Of a stretch of DNA of 64,000 bases, positions 29,926 through 40,343 are shown piece by piece. The notes beneath the pieces were generated by a model. The model was given only the letters and a program-made list of their open reading frames with translations, searched no databases and was not told the DNA's origin. Within the stretch, counting starts at the first letter, position 1; every line of letters starts with the position of its first letter. The stretch covers positions 416,001 to 480,000 of the forward strand of contig CAVTHO010000006.1 in the NCBI GenBank assembly GCA_963734545.1. The letters run 5' to 3'. Origin of the DNA: an uncultured Spirochaetota bacterium (GTDB lineage: Bacteria > Spirochaetota > Spirochaetia > SZUA-6 > Fen-1364). Both the position numbers and the translations under genes were made by a program.

Positions 29926-31341
29926 CTATTCAGGCTGTCTGCCCGGACGCCTCTTCACGCGCGCGGAAGCCCGCTCGCGCGCCTTCCTCTTCAACACCGG
30001 CGTCACAAGCAGAGTGTACAGCAGGCACACAAGGAAGAATCCCGCCATGGCCACCGCCACCCAGTAGTTCTGGAAGAGCACTGCCCCGGTGGAATCCCTG
30101 CTGGCGTCCAGGAAAATTCCGACCAGCAATGCCGTGAAGACAACCACGACGGCGACCGGGATGACAGGGCCCAGGGGAATCTTGAAGTCCCGAGGATTGT
30201 CAGGCCGCCTCTTTCGAAGCCTGAGCACGCAGAGCGCCATCACGACATAGATGAAGCACTCCAGGCCGGCCGCCATGACGATGATGAAGAGGTATTTTTG
30301 CGTCGCCAGGATGAGGAAGCTGATTGCCAGGGCAAAGATCGTCAGCGCGAGTATGGAGAACCACGGCGTGGCACGGTCGGGATGCAGCTTTGAAAACGAT
30401 CGCGGGAGAACATTGTCCCGGGCCATTGCATAGGCGAACCGTGAAGTGTTGAGCAGCCCGGAGTTGAATGAGGTAGCCGAGGCGAGGATGCTCATGAGAA
30501 CGAACAGGAGCATGCCCGGTATGCCGAGAAGATTCCTCCCGAAAAGGATGTGAGGGATGGGCGTCCCACTGGCACGCTGCAGGGGAGTGAGACCCGTCCA
30601 CATGGCAACCGTGAACAGGGAGTACGTGACGGACAGGATCCCTATCGCGATGAGCATTCCTTTTCCGATGAGGCGATAATCGGTGGTTTCCTCCGCCAGG
30701 GGAGTCACCCACTCGAATCCCACGTACAGGAAGACTCCCACCGCGGCCGCCTGCAGGACGTTGCTGAAGGTGAATCGCGGGCTGGCGAGGGCCGGGCGGA
30801 GGTCGATGCCGGTCCGCGCCAGGGAATAGACCGACACGAGCACGAGAAAGCCGATCATGACATAGGTCATGATGTCCTGGACGAGCCCGGTGAGCTTCAC
30901 GCCGCGATAGTTGATGAATGCCACAAGGAGGATGAAAAGCGTCATCCAGAACACCCGGTCAATCGTCGGGCTGACAAGCGGGATCGTCCCGACCAGGACG
31001 CTGGAGAGCAGATAGCTTTCCGCGCCCACCATCGAGACGCCGAGGATGACATAGAATGTGCCGATGACGACGGCGGCCTTTTCGTTGAATGCATTCTGGA
31101 TGAAGAGCTTGATACCGGCAGCCGTCGGGTATTGGGAGATGAGCTCCGAGAAGCACAACGAGGCAAGGAGGCAGAAGACGCCCGCCACCAGAATGGAGAT
31201 CCATGCAAGCTCACCCACGAGGATCAAGGCCACCTGCAGACCGGCCAGGTAGCACGAGGTGGCGAGCGCCATGCCCGCGGAGGTCGACGTGACGGTCCGC
31301 AGGGTGAGCACCTTTTTCAGCGTGGTCATCGTGTCAGGCAT
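29926..31341 (-). CDS. APC family amino acid/polyamine permease
   Basis: About 12 TM; YVGFE, LAEET, SRFAYAMARD, HPDRATPW. Confidence 0.88.
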   Translation of the reverse strand: MPDTMTTLKKVLTLRTVTSTSAGMALATSCYLAGLQVALILVGELAWISILVAGVFCLLASLCFSELISQYPTAAGIKLFIQNAFNEKAAVVIGTFYVILGVSMVGAESYLLSSVLVGTIPLVSPTIDRVFWMTLFILLVAFINYRGVKLTGLVQDIMTYVMIGFLVLVSVYSLARTGIDLRPALASPRFTFSNVLQAAAVGVFLYVGFEWVTPLAEETTDYRLIGKGMLIAIGILSVTYSLFTVAMWTGLTPLQRASGTPIPHILFGRNLLGIPGMLLFVLMSILASATSFNSGLLNTSRFAYAMARDNVLPRSFSKLHPDRATPWFSILALTIFALAISFLILATQKYLFIIVMAAGLECFIYVVMALCVLRLRKRRPDNPRDFKIPLGPVIPVAVVVVFTALLVGIFLDASRDSTGAVLFQNYWVAVAMAGFFLVCLLYTLLVTPVLKRKARERASARVKRRPGRQPE

Positions 31342-31693
31342 CCGGCCAGATGATCATGGTGATGGCGTCCAGCCGCACGATGTCCTCCTGGCTCGCCTTC
31401 ACACGGATTTCACCCTGGAGATACTTCTGGGAAGGATTCAGGTCTCCCCAGAACATGTCGCAGAGATGCTCGCTCCGCGCCGTCACCACGATGTCCGGGG
31501 TACCGGAGGCGCCGGCTTCGAAGGAGACGATTTCCCCATTGACAACGCGCATCGTAAACGCGTCACCGCTGTCCTCGGCATTGAAATGGAGAAGCTTCGA
31601 CCAGTCGCGCTGCATGCGGCGCAGCCGCACATTGTCGTTGCACTGGACCTGATAGTCGGCCAGTGCATCCAGGATTTCCTGGCTCGTTGCCAT
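31334..31693 (-). CDS. SCP2 sterol/lipid-binding domain protein
   Basis: PDIVVTA...MFWGDLNPSQKYLQGEIRVKA SCP2 pattern; about 119 aa. Confidence 0.8.
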   Translation of the reverse strand: MATSQEILDALADYQVQCNDNVRLRRMQRDWSKLLHFNAEDSGDAFTMRVVNGEIVSFEAGASGTPDIVVTARSEHLCDMFWGDLNPSQKYLQGEIRVKASQEDIVRLDAITMIIWPDA

Positions 31694-31713
31694 GAGGGTA
31701 TCCCCCTTTCCGT

Positions 31714-32985
31714 TCACCCCTCGTCCTTTCCGATTCCCTTCTCGGTGGAAAGCTCCTGCATCGCGCCCCCGAGGGCAGCGAGCACTTCATCCACTTCTTC
31801 CGCCGTGATGACCAGCGGCGGCATGAGGCGGCAAATGCTGGGGTCGTTGCCCGTATAGACGGCGAGCACCCCCCGTGCCGCGAGCTTTCGCGTCATCCGC
31901 GGCCCGATCGACTCGTTCGTGTACTGCAGACCCATCATCAGGCCCTTCTGCCGGACCTCGAGCAGCAGCGAGGGATACCTCTCTAGTAGCCGCTCGAAGC
32001 CCGCGCGAAACCGGTCCCCCATGGAGCGGGCGTTGCCCGCCAGGTCATGGGCGGTGATGAAGTCGATCGTGGCAAGGCCGACGAGACAGCCGAGGTCCGA
32101 GCCGCCGAAGGTGGAGAGGTGGATGAACGGGTGGGGGACGAAGAAGTCGCTGACCTCCCGCGTGAAGAGCGTGGCGGAAATCGGATACAGACCTCCGCCG
32201 AGGGATTTTGCGACCGCCATGATGTCGGGAGCGACTGCCCAGTGCTCGCAGGCGAACATCCTTCCCGTGCGGCCGAAGCCGGTCTGTATCTCGTCGAGGA
32301 TGAGGAGCACGCCCTTCTCATCGCAGAGCTTCCGAACGGCGGGAAGATAGTCGTCAGGGGGGATGTTGATTCCCCCCTCCCCCTGTATGGGCTCGAGAAT
32401 GACGGCGGCCGTCTCCGACGTGACAGCCGCCTGGAGCGCCCGAATGTCCCCGAAAGGAACCTGGAAAAAGCCCGGCATGAGCGGCTCGAAGGGCTCCTTG
32501 TACGCGTCACGGCCTATGGCGGAAAGGGCGAAACCGGTGTGACCGTGGTATGCCTTCTCTGCGTAGATGATACCGGGCTTCATCGTGTAGCCACGGGCGA
32601 TCTTGATCGCCGTGTCAATGGCCTCCCCGCCACCGGATCCGAACACGCAGCACTGAAGCCCCGGGGGGGCGATCTCGGAAAGGCGTTTTGCGAGGTCCGC
32701 CTTCTGACGCGACGCCAGGAGGAACACGCCGATATCACAGGTGTCCAGCGCGTCCTTGAGGGCCTGCACGATCTCCGGATTGCGCCTCCCGACGTTCATG
32801 ATGCCGGAGCCGGTCTGGCAGTCGATGTAGCGCTGCCCCGTGATGTCCCAGGTGCAGGCGCCCTCGCGCTTCTCTTCCACGATGTCGATGCCGGCGCTCT
32901 TCAGGGTCCTTACCTTCATCGGGTTGATATGCGATGCGAAGTCGGCCAGGGCCTGTGCTTTCAGTTGTTCCGGTGTCAGCGACAT
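31714..32985 (-). CDS. Class III PLP aminotransferase (putrescine/acetylornithine-type)
   Basis: SGGGEA, AYHGHT, EPIQGEGG, LDEIQTGFGRTG, AKSLGGG, STFGG. Confidence 0.9.
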   Translation of the reverse strand: MSLTPEQLKAQALADFASHINPMKVRTLKSAGIDIVEEKREGACTWDITGQRYIDCQTGSGIMNVGRRNPEIVQALKDALDTCDIGVFLLASRQKADLAKRLSEIAPPGLQCCVFGSGGGEAIDTAIKIARGYTMKPGIIYAEKAYHGHTGFALSAIGRDAYKEPFEPLMPGFFQVPFGDIRALQAAVTSETAAVILEPIQGEGGINIPPDDYLPAVRKLCDEKGVLLILDEIQTGFGRTGRMFACEHWAVAPDIMAVAKSLGGGLYPISATLFTREVSDFFVPHPFIHLSTFGGSDLGCLVGLATIDFITAHDLAGNARSMGDRFRAGFERLLERYPSLLLEVRQKGLMMGLQYTNESIGPRMTRKLAARGVLAVYTGNDPSICRLMPPLVITAEEVDEVLAALGGAMQELSTEKGIGKDEG

Positions 32986-33081
32986 TCTTACACTCCCCAT
33001 CGGGCGTTTTGATGGCCGCCAGTATAGTTGATGGTGCAGCAGGCGGCAAGATAGTTTCCATGCTACCATGGGCCGGACACA

Positions 33082-33463
33082 ATGGCGCGCATCACGGAGT
33101 ACGAGCTGCCCGGGCAGTGGATTGTGCTGGCGGGCCGCAGCGACAGGGACAACGACGAGCTCAGCCTGGGGATCGCTTCCCAGGACGACTGGTGGTTCCA
33201 CGTGCGGGGCATGCCGGGCAGCCACGTGATACTCCGCGGTCCCCCGGGGGCCGAGCCGGACAGGGAAACGCTGAAGCGTGCGGCCTCGATCGCGGCCTGG
33301 CACAGCAAGGCACGGAACGCGGGGGTCGTGGCCGTGTCCTGCACCCGGGCCGCGCAATGTGACAAAACCCCGGGGCGCCAGGTCGGGCACGGTCCAGATC
33401 CGCAAGGAGATCGTGTTGAAAGTCCGTCCGTCGGTTCCGAAAGCCCCGTCCGCTGGTTCGTGA
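33082..33463 (+). CDS. Stand-alone NFACT-R (DUF814) RNA-binding protein; +1 frameshift near 33351
   Basis: GRSDRDNDEL, DWWFHVRGMPGSHV, AAWHSKAR, continuing in the next frame as NVTKPRGARSGTV. Confidence 0.8.
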
Positions 33464-33523
33464 CACGTCGTCTTGACACGATGTTCCAGACGTGTAGTCT
33501 GCGGTTGCACGGAGGAGATTGCC

Positions 33524-33997
33524 ATGCCGGACCTTGCGTCGATCGTTTCTGCTACCCTCGCCGGGTACTACGAAGAGGTGCGCGAGAAGGCGCACAAGTG
33601 GGTGGATCCTGTTACGACCGAGCAGCTCTGGAGGCGCCCGTATCCCTACGGCAACAGCATCGGCCATCTCCTCCTCCACCTCACGGGCAACCTCAACTAC
33701 TACATCGGCACACGCGTGGCGGGCACCGGCTACGTGCGTGACCGGGACCGCGAGTTCAACGAAACCGCGAAGAGGCCCAAGGCAGAAGTGTTGGCGGACT
33801 TCGACCGCGCAATCGCAATGGTCGTGTCGACGATCGGGGCGCAGTCCGCACAGGACTGGAGCGCCCCGTACTCCGCCGAGCGCGAGCCGGAAGCGAAGGA
33901 CCGATTCACGGCTTTCTTTCGCATGGTTGCCCACGCGCATCATCACGTCGGCCAGATGATCTATCTCTCCAAAGAGCTCACCCGGCCCCGGTCATAG
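33524..33997 (+). CDS. DinB/DUF1572 family protein
   Basis: NSIGHLLLHLTGN, RDRDREF, HAHHHVGQMIY; SD GGAGG. Confidence 0.85.
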   Translation: MPDLASIVSATLAGYYEEVREKAHKWVDPVTTEQLWRRPYPYGNSIGHLLLHLTGNLNYYIGTRVAGTGYVRDRDREFNETAKRPKAEVLADFDRAIAMVVSTIGAQSAQDWSAPYSAEREPEAKDRFTAFFRMVAHAHHHVGQMIYLSKELTRPRS

Positions 33998-35389
33998 TCA
34001 CTCGCCTTTCGGTGCCTCTGCCTGGCTGGCGACCCCGCCCGCCGGTCCCTGGAACCCCGGCCGGTACCAGTCCACCCTGCGCGTGAGAAGCATGACGAGA
34101 GCCAGGATGAGGAACAGGCCGATGGAGCCGAAGAGGAGCGCGTAGTCCTCCGAGTTGAGAACCACGGCCAGGAAGCCGTACGCTGCCCCGAGCACGGGAA
34201 GCATGACCATGCCTTTCCTCCAGCTCCGCACGATCGCTGCCGTATACGCCGTGATCAGGCCGGTCGCGCAGACGCCGGCAATGCCGTAGGCCAGCCCGAA
34301 AGCAATGTGCTCGGACAGCGACAGGAGCAGGAAGTAGAAGATGCAGTTGGCGAATCCAACGAAGAGGTACTGCAGCGGGTGGATCCGCCCGGTGGAAAAC
34401 ACCTCGAACAGGAAAAGGGTGAAGAACGGGAGGAAGAGGAACAGAAGGCCGTACTTGAGCGCCCGCGTTACCTTGAGATAGGTGTCCACCGGGGTCATGA
34501 GGCTCACGCCGAACCCGGAGCTCCGCACTGTTTGAGGCTCGATCTCGCCGCCCATCCATCGCTGGGGATATGCGCGGGCCATGGAGATCACCCTCCACTC
34601 CGCGTCGAACCCCTGGTCGGTGAGGGAGCGGGAGGCCGGCAGATACGCGCCGTTGAAGTTCGGGCTCTTCCACGGGGAAGAAATCCGTACGACTGTCTGG
34701 TCTCCCAGGGGGAGGAACCCGAGCGAGCCCCCGCCGTGCAATGCCAGATCGAACGAGAAGGGGATGTCGCGCGCGCTCTCTCCCCGTGCCGTGCGGATGT
34801 CGGGGAGGGCGACCCTGATCTCTCCTGCGAACATGCCCACGCTCCCTTTTCCAGACTGAAACTCCCTCTTGCTCCCCTGCCATTTCAGGGTCACACGCTC
34901 CTGCAGCGCCCTCATGTCGGGGATCTCCACGGACAGGACGGCCTCGTCCCAGAGAATTGCTGCGGGGCTCACCCGCCAGCCGGAGAAGTCGGGCGCGCGG
35001 AAGGAGCCGCTTATTGCGAGGGTGGTCCCGTAGAGGGTGACCTCGTACATGCCGCGCCGTCTCGTTTCCGGATTCACTTTCCCTTCGATGAGGAGTGAGT
35101 CAGGAAGGAAATGGGCGGCTTCCACCGTCTCCACCCTCTTGCCTCTCACATCGAGGGTATGCACGACATAGGGCACCGTGAGGATCGGCCCCGCGATGGT
35201 CTGTTCTCCGCCCCAGGATTGCATGATTTCGGATTCGGTCTCCGCCCTTCTCTGCTCCCGCTCGCGCACGAGGCCCTGGACCACGAGCAGGGGCAGAAGA
35301 AGCACGAGCAGCAGGATGCCGATCACCACCAGCCTGACAATGACGGAGTGCGTGCGCGCGGCCCGCGCGAGTGTACCGGTCGATTTCAT
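33998..35389 (-). CDS. creD: Inner membrane protein CreD
   Basis: SWGGEQTIAGP, RRRGMY, WKSPNFNG, RALKYG, IHPLQY, LLLSLSEHI, EDYALLFGS, TRRVDWY. Confidence 0.92.
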   Translation of the reverse strand: MKSTGTLARAARTHSVIVRLVVIGILLLVLLLPLLVVQGLVREREQRRAETESEIMQSWGGEQTIAGPILTVPYVVHTLDVRGKRVETVEAAHFLPDSLLIEGKVNPETRRRGMYEVTLYGTTLAISGSFRAPDFSGWRVSPAAILWDEAVLSVEIPDMRALQERVTLKWQGSKREFQSGKGSVGMFAGEIRVALPDIRTARGESARDIPFSFDLALHGGGSLGFLPLGDQTVVRISSPWKSPNFNGAYLPASRSLTDQGFDAEWRVISMARAYPQRWMGGEIEPQTVRSSGFGVSLMTPVDTYLKVTRALKYGLLFLFLPFFTLFLFEVFSTGRIHPLQYLFVGFANCIFYFLLLSLSEHIAFGLAYGIAGVCATGLITAYTAAIVRSWRKGMVMLPVLGAAYGFLAVVLNSEDYALLFGSIGLFLILALVMLLTRRVDWYRPGFQGPAGGVASQAEAPKGE

Positions 35390-35484
35390 TCGTCTCTCCT
35401 TTCATATCGAGATGCATGTTGCCACGGACTGTAGCGCGACGAATGTGCCGGTACTTCTCGATAGTGTAAATTCTTTGCGGGGAA

Positions 35485-36504
35485 TTATGTCTTTATTGTG
35501 GCGAGAGCGAGCCCGGCCCGATTGGCGCCGATGATCCTTTCGGAAAGGGCGTTGAAAGCGTCATCCACGGTGCATCTTTCAGGGTGCTTTTCGAACCAGC
35601 GCACAGACTCCACGATCCCCTCCGCAAAAGGCACGGTTGCCGTGAAGCCGGGCACGAAGGTCTTGATCTTGGTCGTGTCGAACAGGGCGCAATTCGCCTT
35701 ATCCCCGACGAGGCTGCCCCGGTCAGGAGGGCTCGCCGCGGCGATGAAATCAGAGGCGATGTGGACGATATCCGGCGCGGCGCCCGCCGCGTGCCCGATC
35801 GCATTCGTGACCTGGTTCCAGCTCAAGGCCTCGTCTGACGTGATATGAAACGCGTGGCCCACCGCGTGAATGTTGCCCATCAGCCCGACAAAGCCCTTTG
35901 CGAAATCCGTGTTGTGGGTCAGGGTAAACAGCGCCGTTCCATCTCCCGGTACGATGACCTGTCTGCCCCTGCGCATGCGATCCACGAGCGTCCAGGGATG
36001 GTTCCAGCTCATGAATCCCGCGGGAATTGTGGTGACGCCGTAGGTGAAATTGGGCCGGACAATGGTGACGGGAAAAGCGTTTTCCCGGTATTCCCGCATG
36101 AGACGATCCTCGCAGGCGATCTTGTCCCTGCTGTACTGCCAGTAAGGATTGGCCAGCGGAGTGGACTCGGTGATGAGAGAGTGAGCCGGCGGCTTCTGGT
36201 ATGCGCTTGCCGAGCTGATGAAGATGTACTGCCGGGTCCTGCCGCTGAAGAGTGTGATGTCGGCCTCGACCTGGTCCGGTGTGTACGCAATCCAGTCCAC
36301 GACCACGTCGAACGCGTGACCCTCGAGCGCGGCAGCCATTGCCCGGGCGTCCTTCACATCGGCGACGATCTCTCTCGCGCCCCCGGGCACGAACTCACGG
36401 CGCTGTCCGCGATTGAGCAGATACAGCTCCATGCCCTTCTCCGTCACGAGCGGAGAGACGGCCGAGCTGATGAGCCCTGTGCCGCCGATGAAAAGCACCT
36501 TCAT
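35485..36504 (-). CDS. Atypical SDR / NAD-dependent epimerase
   Basis: IGGTGLIS, FISSASAY, YSRDK. Confidence 0.85.
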   Translation of the reverse strand: MKVLFIGGTGLISSAVSPLVTEKGMELYLLNRGQRREFVPGGAREIVADVKDARAMAAALEGHAFDVVVDWIAYTPDQVEADITLFSGRTRQYIFISSASAYQKPPAHSLITESTPLANPYWQYSRDKIACEDRLMREYRENAFPVTIVRPNFTYGVTTIPAGFMSWNHPWTLVDRMRRGRQVIVPGDGTALFTLTHNTDFAKGFVGLMGNIHAVGHAFHITSDEALSWNQVTNAIGHAAGAAPDIVHIASDFIAAASPPDRGSLVGDKANCALFDTTKIKTFVPGFTATVPFAEGIVESVRWFEKHPERCTVDDAFNALSERIIGANRAGLALATIKT

Positions 36505-36836
36505 GGGTTATCTCTCCTCTTCGGCGCTGCGCGAAGCCCCTTGAGAAGGTGCCGCGCCCCGCGCACCGGGTGCGAGAGGAGCATGCGCGGCCCGGAGTAT
36601 CGCATGACCTTTCGGACAGCTTCCCGCATGTCAGGCTTGTAGCAGTGGGTGGGGCAGCGCGCGCACGTGGGCTTCTCCTCCCCCCATGGGCAGCGCTCCA
36701 GGCGCGCCTCGGAGTACTCGGCCAGCCGGGCGCAATCCTCGCAGAGGAAGCCCTGCTGCAGGTGCCCGTGGGCCGCGCGGCAGTAGATCTGGATCATGAG
36801 CCGGACGGTTTTTCGCTCTTCCTCGCGGGGCTTCAT
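36501..36836 (-). CDS. ygbA: YgbA family Cys-rich protein
   Basis: IYC, LCEDC, RCP, KPTCARCPTHCY, VMRYSGPRM, HPV. Confidence 0.88.
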   Translation of the reverse strand: MKPREEERKTVRLMIQIYCRAAHGHLQQGFLCEDCARLAEYSEARLERCPWGEEKPTCARCPTHCYKPDMREAVRKVMRYSGPRMLLSHPVRGARHLLKGLRAAPKRRDNP

Positions 36837-36868
36837 TTGCCGAGGGTACCTCAAGGCGCGCCGGTGTT

Positions 36869-38374
36869 CTACAGCGTGTTCTCCCGCGTTGCCGTGGCGC
36901 GCTTCATGTTCTTCAGCACGCGCTGCGTCTCGGTGATGACGACCTCCACGAGGATGACGATGAGGATCGCCATCTGCGGCACGAATGTCTCCCAGGTCGA
37001 GGTCATGCCCAGGATGTTCACGGCAGGAAGCCCGGAGGCGATATGGGTGGGGAGAATGCCCACCAGCTGCAGGGAGTGGATGCTCTGGCCCGCGATCTTG
37101 AACGCCAGGTAGTAGATCAGCACGGTGGCGACGAGAAAGAAGTAGTGCAGGGGAAGGCGCACGCTGAATCGAATGATGAGGAACCCGATGATCACGAGCA
37201 GCGCAAAGGCGCCGAGGATCCCTGCCAGGAGTGACAGCAGGGGGATGGCAGGCGCTATCCCGATATAGAAGACAACGGTTTCGGCTCCTTCCCTCAACAC
37301 GGCGAGGAATGAAAGAAGGAAGAGCGACCACATGCTCCCCGCCGCTATCGCGCCGCCGACCTTGTTCTTCATGAACGTGTTCCAGGCCTGCAGGCCCGAG
37401 CGCCGGTGCAGCCAGGCGCCCACCGTCACCATCAGCGCCACCGAGGCCAGCCCGACGAACCCTTCGGTACCCTCACGCGTCGCGCCCGCGGCCGCCGTGA
37501 TCACGAGCCCCAGGACCACCGCCAGAACGGCGCTGGAAAGAAGCCCGGCGCCGGCGCCGGCCCATACCCATCTGGCGCCGCCCCTGGTTTCCGTCTTTCT
37601 GAGCATGGCCAGGAGCGCGGCCAGAAGGAGGAGCGCCTCCATGCCTTCGCGGAGCAGGATGAGGCCCGCATCCCACACCGTGTACCCTGCCTTCTGCCGG
37701 ACGTCCTCGAGCTGTCCGGTCATGGTGGCGATGAGGTCAGCGGCATGACCGCGGGCGGAGGGGCCGGAGAGCAGGAGCGCCGCCGCTCGGGTCATCTCGG
37801 CTTCCACCTCGGTGTACACTATCGTCGAGCGGCTCTTCACCTCTCCTTCCACCTGGGGCCACAAGCCGATGAAGCTTTGAATCAGGTCCGATGCCTGGTC
37901 CTCGTCACCCGCTGAAAGAGCTGCCCCTGCCTGCTGGAGGAGCCTCAGGAGAGCTGAAACGCCCTGTTTTCCGGAAGACGCCGCGGGTGAGCCGGCTCCG
38001 CTCCCATAGTCGCGAACCGCTCGTGCGAGTCCCTCGAGGGCTCCCTCCGCGCGCGCGATGTCGGGGGGCTCCGCTTCCAGCGCGGCTGCCGCGCGGCTGG
38101 ATTCGACCTCGATTTGCGCGTAGACATCAGGATCGGCCGCGCGTACTCCATCCTCCACTTTCGACCAGACAGGCTCGAATTGCCTGAGAGTTTCTGCCGC
38201 GCCGGCAGGGTCTTTCGCCTGGAGAGATTGCAGGGATTCCGCCGCGATCCGGCTTATGCCGTCGAGCAGTTCCCGGTCCGATGCGCCTGCCCTCGCGGCC
38301 AGAACCAGAAACAGCGTGGTCATTAGAATCGATGTGATGGTTCGAGGTAAGATCTTTTTTTCAGCGTGCTTCAC
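36869..38374 (-). CDS. FTR1/EfeU family iron permease with duplicated N-terminal helical domain
   Basis: Two RExxE motifs (LREGMEA, LREGAET); N-terminal repeats WSKVEDGVR / WPQVEGEVK. Confidence 0.88.
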   Translation of the reverse strand: MKHAEKKILPRTITSILMTTLFLVLAARAGASDRELLDGISRIAAESLQSLQAKDPAGAAETLRQFEPVWSKVEDGVRAADPDVYAQIEVESSRAAAALEAEPPDIARAEGALEGLARAVRDYGSGAGSPAASSGKQGVSALLRLLQQAGAALSAGDEDQASDLIQSFIGLWPQVEGEVKSRSTIVYTEVEAEMTRAAALLLSGPSARGHAADLIATMTGQLEDVRQKAGYTVWDAGLILLREGMEALLLLAALLAMLRKTETRGGARWVWAGAGAGLLSSAVLAVVLGLVITAAAGATREGTEGFVGLASVALMVTVGAWLHRRSGLQAWNTFMKNKVGGAIAAGSMWSLFLLSFLAVLREGAETVVFYIGIAPAIPLLSLLAGILGAFALLVIIGFLIIRFSVRLPLHYFFLVATVLIYYLAFKIAGQSIHSLQLVGILPTHIASGLPAVNILGMTSTWETFVPQMAILIVILVEVVITETQRVLKNMKRATATRENTL

Positions 38375-38391
38375 ATGGGTCTCGTTTCAAT

Positions 38392-38422
38392 AAATCTGAC
38401 TATTTTGGTCAGGAATTGTCAA
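38392..38422 (-). promoter_or_regulatory. Rrf2/IscR type-1-like operator adjoining a TTGACA -35 upstream of FTR1
   Basis: AAATCTGACTATTTTGGTCAGGAAT fits ATASYYGACTRwwwYAGTCRRSTAT at 21/25; minus-strand TTGACA at 38417-38422. Confidence 0.55.
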
Positions 38423-38458
38423 GAGTTAATAGGCATTAATTTTCAGGCCGCCTGCTTC

Positions 38459-38734
38459 TCACCAGCAGGCACGCGCGCTCGACCGCATGGCCTCGGCCGA
38501 CGCCGGCAGGCGGAAGAGCGAGCCGCGCGCCTCCGTCCGTTCGGTTGTCTTCAGCCCTCCTTCTCCGCCGCGCAGGAACTCGACGCAGAGCCCCCGGACC
38601 TTGCGCACCTCCAGGCATTCGCCTGCCTGGAGGATCATGTCGCCGCTTCCCTGCCAGGTGATCCAGCAGCTTCCTCGTGAACAGCTCACCTTCGCGTACT
38701 TGATCTTTCTCCTCCAGATCAGCTTCTTTTCCAT
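38459..38734 (-). CDS. DUF2917-like small protein
   Basis: VSCSRGSCWITWQGSGDMILQAGE; SD AGGAGG; divergent from a MocR gene. Confidence 0.7.
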   Translation of the reverse strand: MEKKLIWRRKIKYAKVSCSRGSCWITWQGSGDMILQAGECLEVRKVRGLCVEFLRGGEGGLKTTERTEARGSLFRLPASAEAMRSSARACW

Positions 38735-38901
38735 TCGTGTGTCCTCCTGACGCGCACAATGTCGACCGCGGAACGCGAATCGGGTAGGAATAGCGGGAAC
38801 GAAAATGCCGCGCACACGACTGCGAAGCGCCATACTGTGTCCGTTTTCCGGCGCCGCATCTGTGTCTTGCCCGTGCATGCGTGTTATGTGCAAATTCGCG
38901 C

Positions 38902-40343
38902 ATGACGATCTACCAGCAGGTCGAGCATCGAATCATGGCTCTCATCGACAGCGGCGTGCTGCGCAACGGGGAGAAGATCCCGTCGCTGCGCATGTTGAGC
39001 GAGCAGCTCAAGGTGAGCGTCAACACGGTCCGCGAGGCGTACGAGAGGCTGGAGAACAGGCACTACATCGAGGCTGTCCCCCAGTCAGGCTACTACGTGC
39101 GGTCTGTCAGCCCCTCGTCCTCAAAGAAAAAGGACCTTCGTCCTCAGGAGCTCGATCCACGAGAAGTGGGCTTCTGCCAGGTGTACGATGCAATGAAGTG
39201 CGCCGAAGGCTCCTCCGAGCTGGTTCAGCTCGGTGCCGGCGTCCTTGACCGGGAGCTCTGCCGGAGAAAAAGATCGCCCGCTCCTACCAGCAGGCCATTC
39301 AGCGGTTTCCCGCCGAGGCATTCGACTACATCATGGCACCCGGGTACCTCCCCCTGAGGGAACAGATCGCCCTGCTCGGTGTGCACGCGGGCCTGCAGGT
39401 TTCCCCCGATGACCTGATCATCACGAATGGGTGCCAGGAGGCGGTCTGTCTCAGCCTGATGGCCACGTGCAAGCCGGGGGATCTGGTGGCGGTGGAGAGC
39501 CCCTTCTATTTCAACTTCCTCTCCCTCCTGGACCGGCTCGGCATCACGCCGGTGGAGATACCGGGCACCGCGGATGAAGGAATCAATCTGGATGTCCTCC
39601 AGTTCGTGCTGGAACGCAATCCGATCAAGGCCGTCTTCGTCATCAGCAATTTCACCAACCCCACCGGGGCGGTGCTTCCCACGGCAAAAAAGAAAAGATT
39701 GCTCGATATGATGCAGAAGTTCGACATCCCGCTGATCGAAGACGACATCTACGGGGACCTGGCATTCCGGGGCAGGCCGGATACCTGCAAGGGATACGAC
39801 ACGGACGGCAGGGTGATTCTCTGCTCTTCGTTCTCGAAGACCATCTCACCGGGAGTTCGCATCGGGTGGACCGCACCGGGGAAATACTACGACGAGGTAA
39901 TGAGACTGAAGACCGTGATCAATATAGGAAGCGCATCCGTGGACCAGATCGCCCTCTCGATATTCCTGCAGCAGGGAGGGTACGAGCGGCACCTGCGACG
40001 AATCCGTCAAGCGGTGAAGGAATCAGTCGAGGCCGCGCGGCGCGCCGTGCAGGAATATTTTCCGCCCGGAACGATCGTGACCGACCCGCAGGGGGGATCA
40101 TTTCTCTGGGTCACCCTTCCATCCGACTACGACACAATGGACCTCTACTTCCGGGCGCTGTCGGAAAACATCCTTTTCGCTCCCGGATGCCTCTTTACCC
40201 GCACCGGGGGATTCGGCAACTCCCTGCGCATCAACGCGGGCAGCTGGAACCTCCGCACCGAGCGCGCCATCCGCAGGCTCGGCGCCATGCTCGCGGAAGA
40301 GCCCGCCGCCGTATCCCGCGGATTCGAAGCAGCTCAGCGCTGA
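38902..40343 (+). CDS. MocR/GntR family PLP-dependent regulator; -1 frameshift near 39258
   Basis: GntR HTH (IPSLR, VSVNTVREAY, PQSGYYV) plus AAT domain (ITNGCQEA, NPTG, IEDDIY, SFSKTISPGVRIGW). Confidence 0.88.

Noticed and set aside
31714-33525. 603-aa aminotransferase with an extra N-terminal domain
   Set aside because: The upstream part is antisense to the NFACT-R gene; an SD supports the start at 32985.
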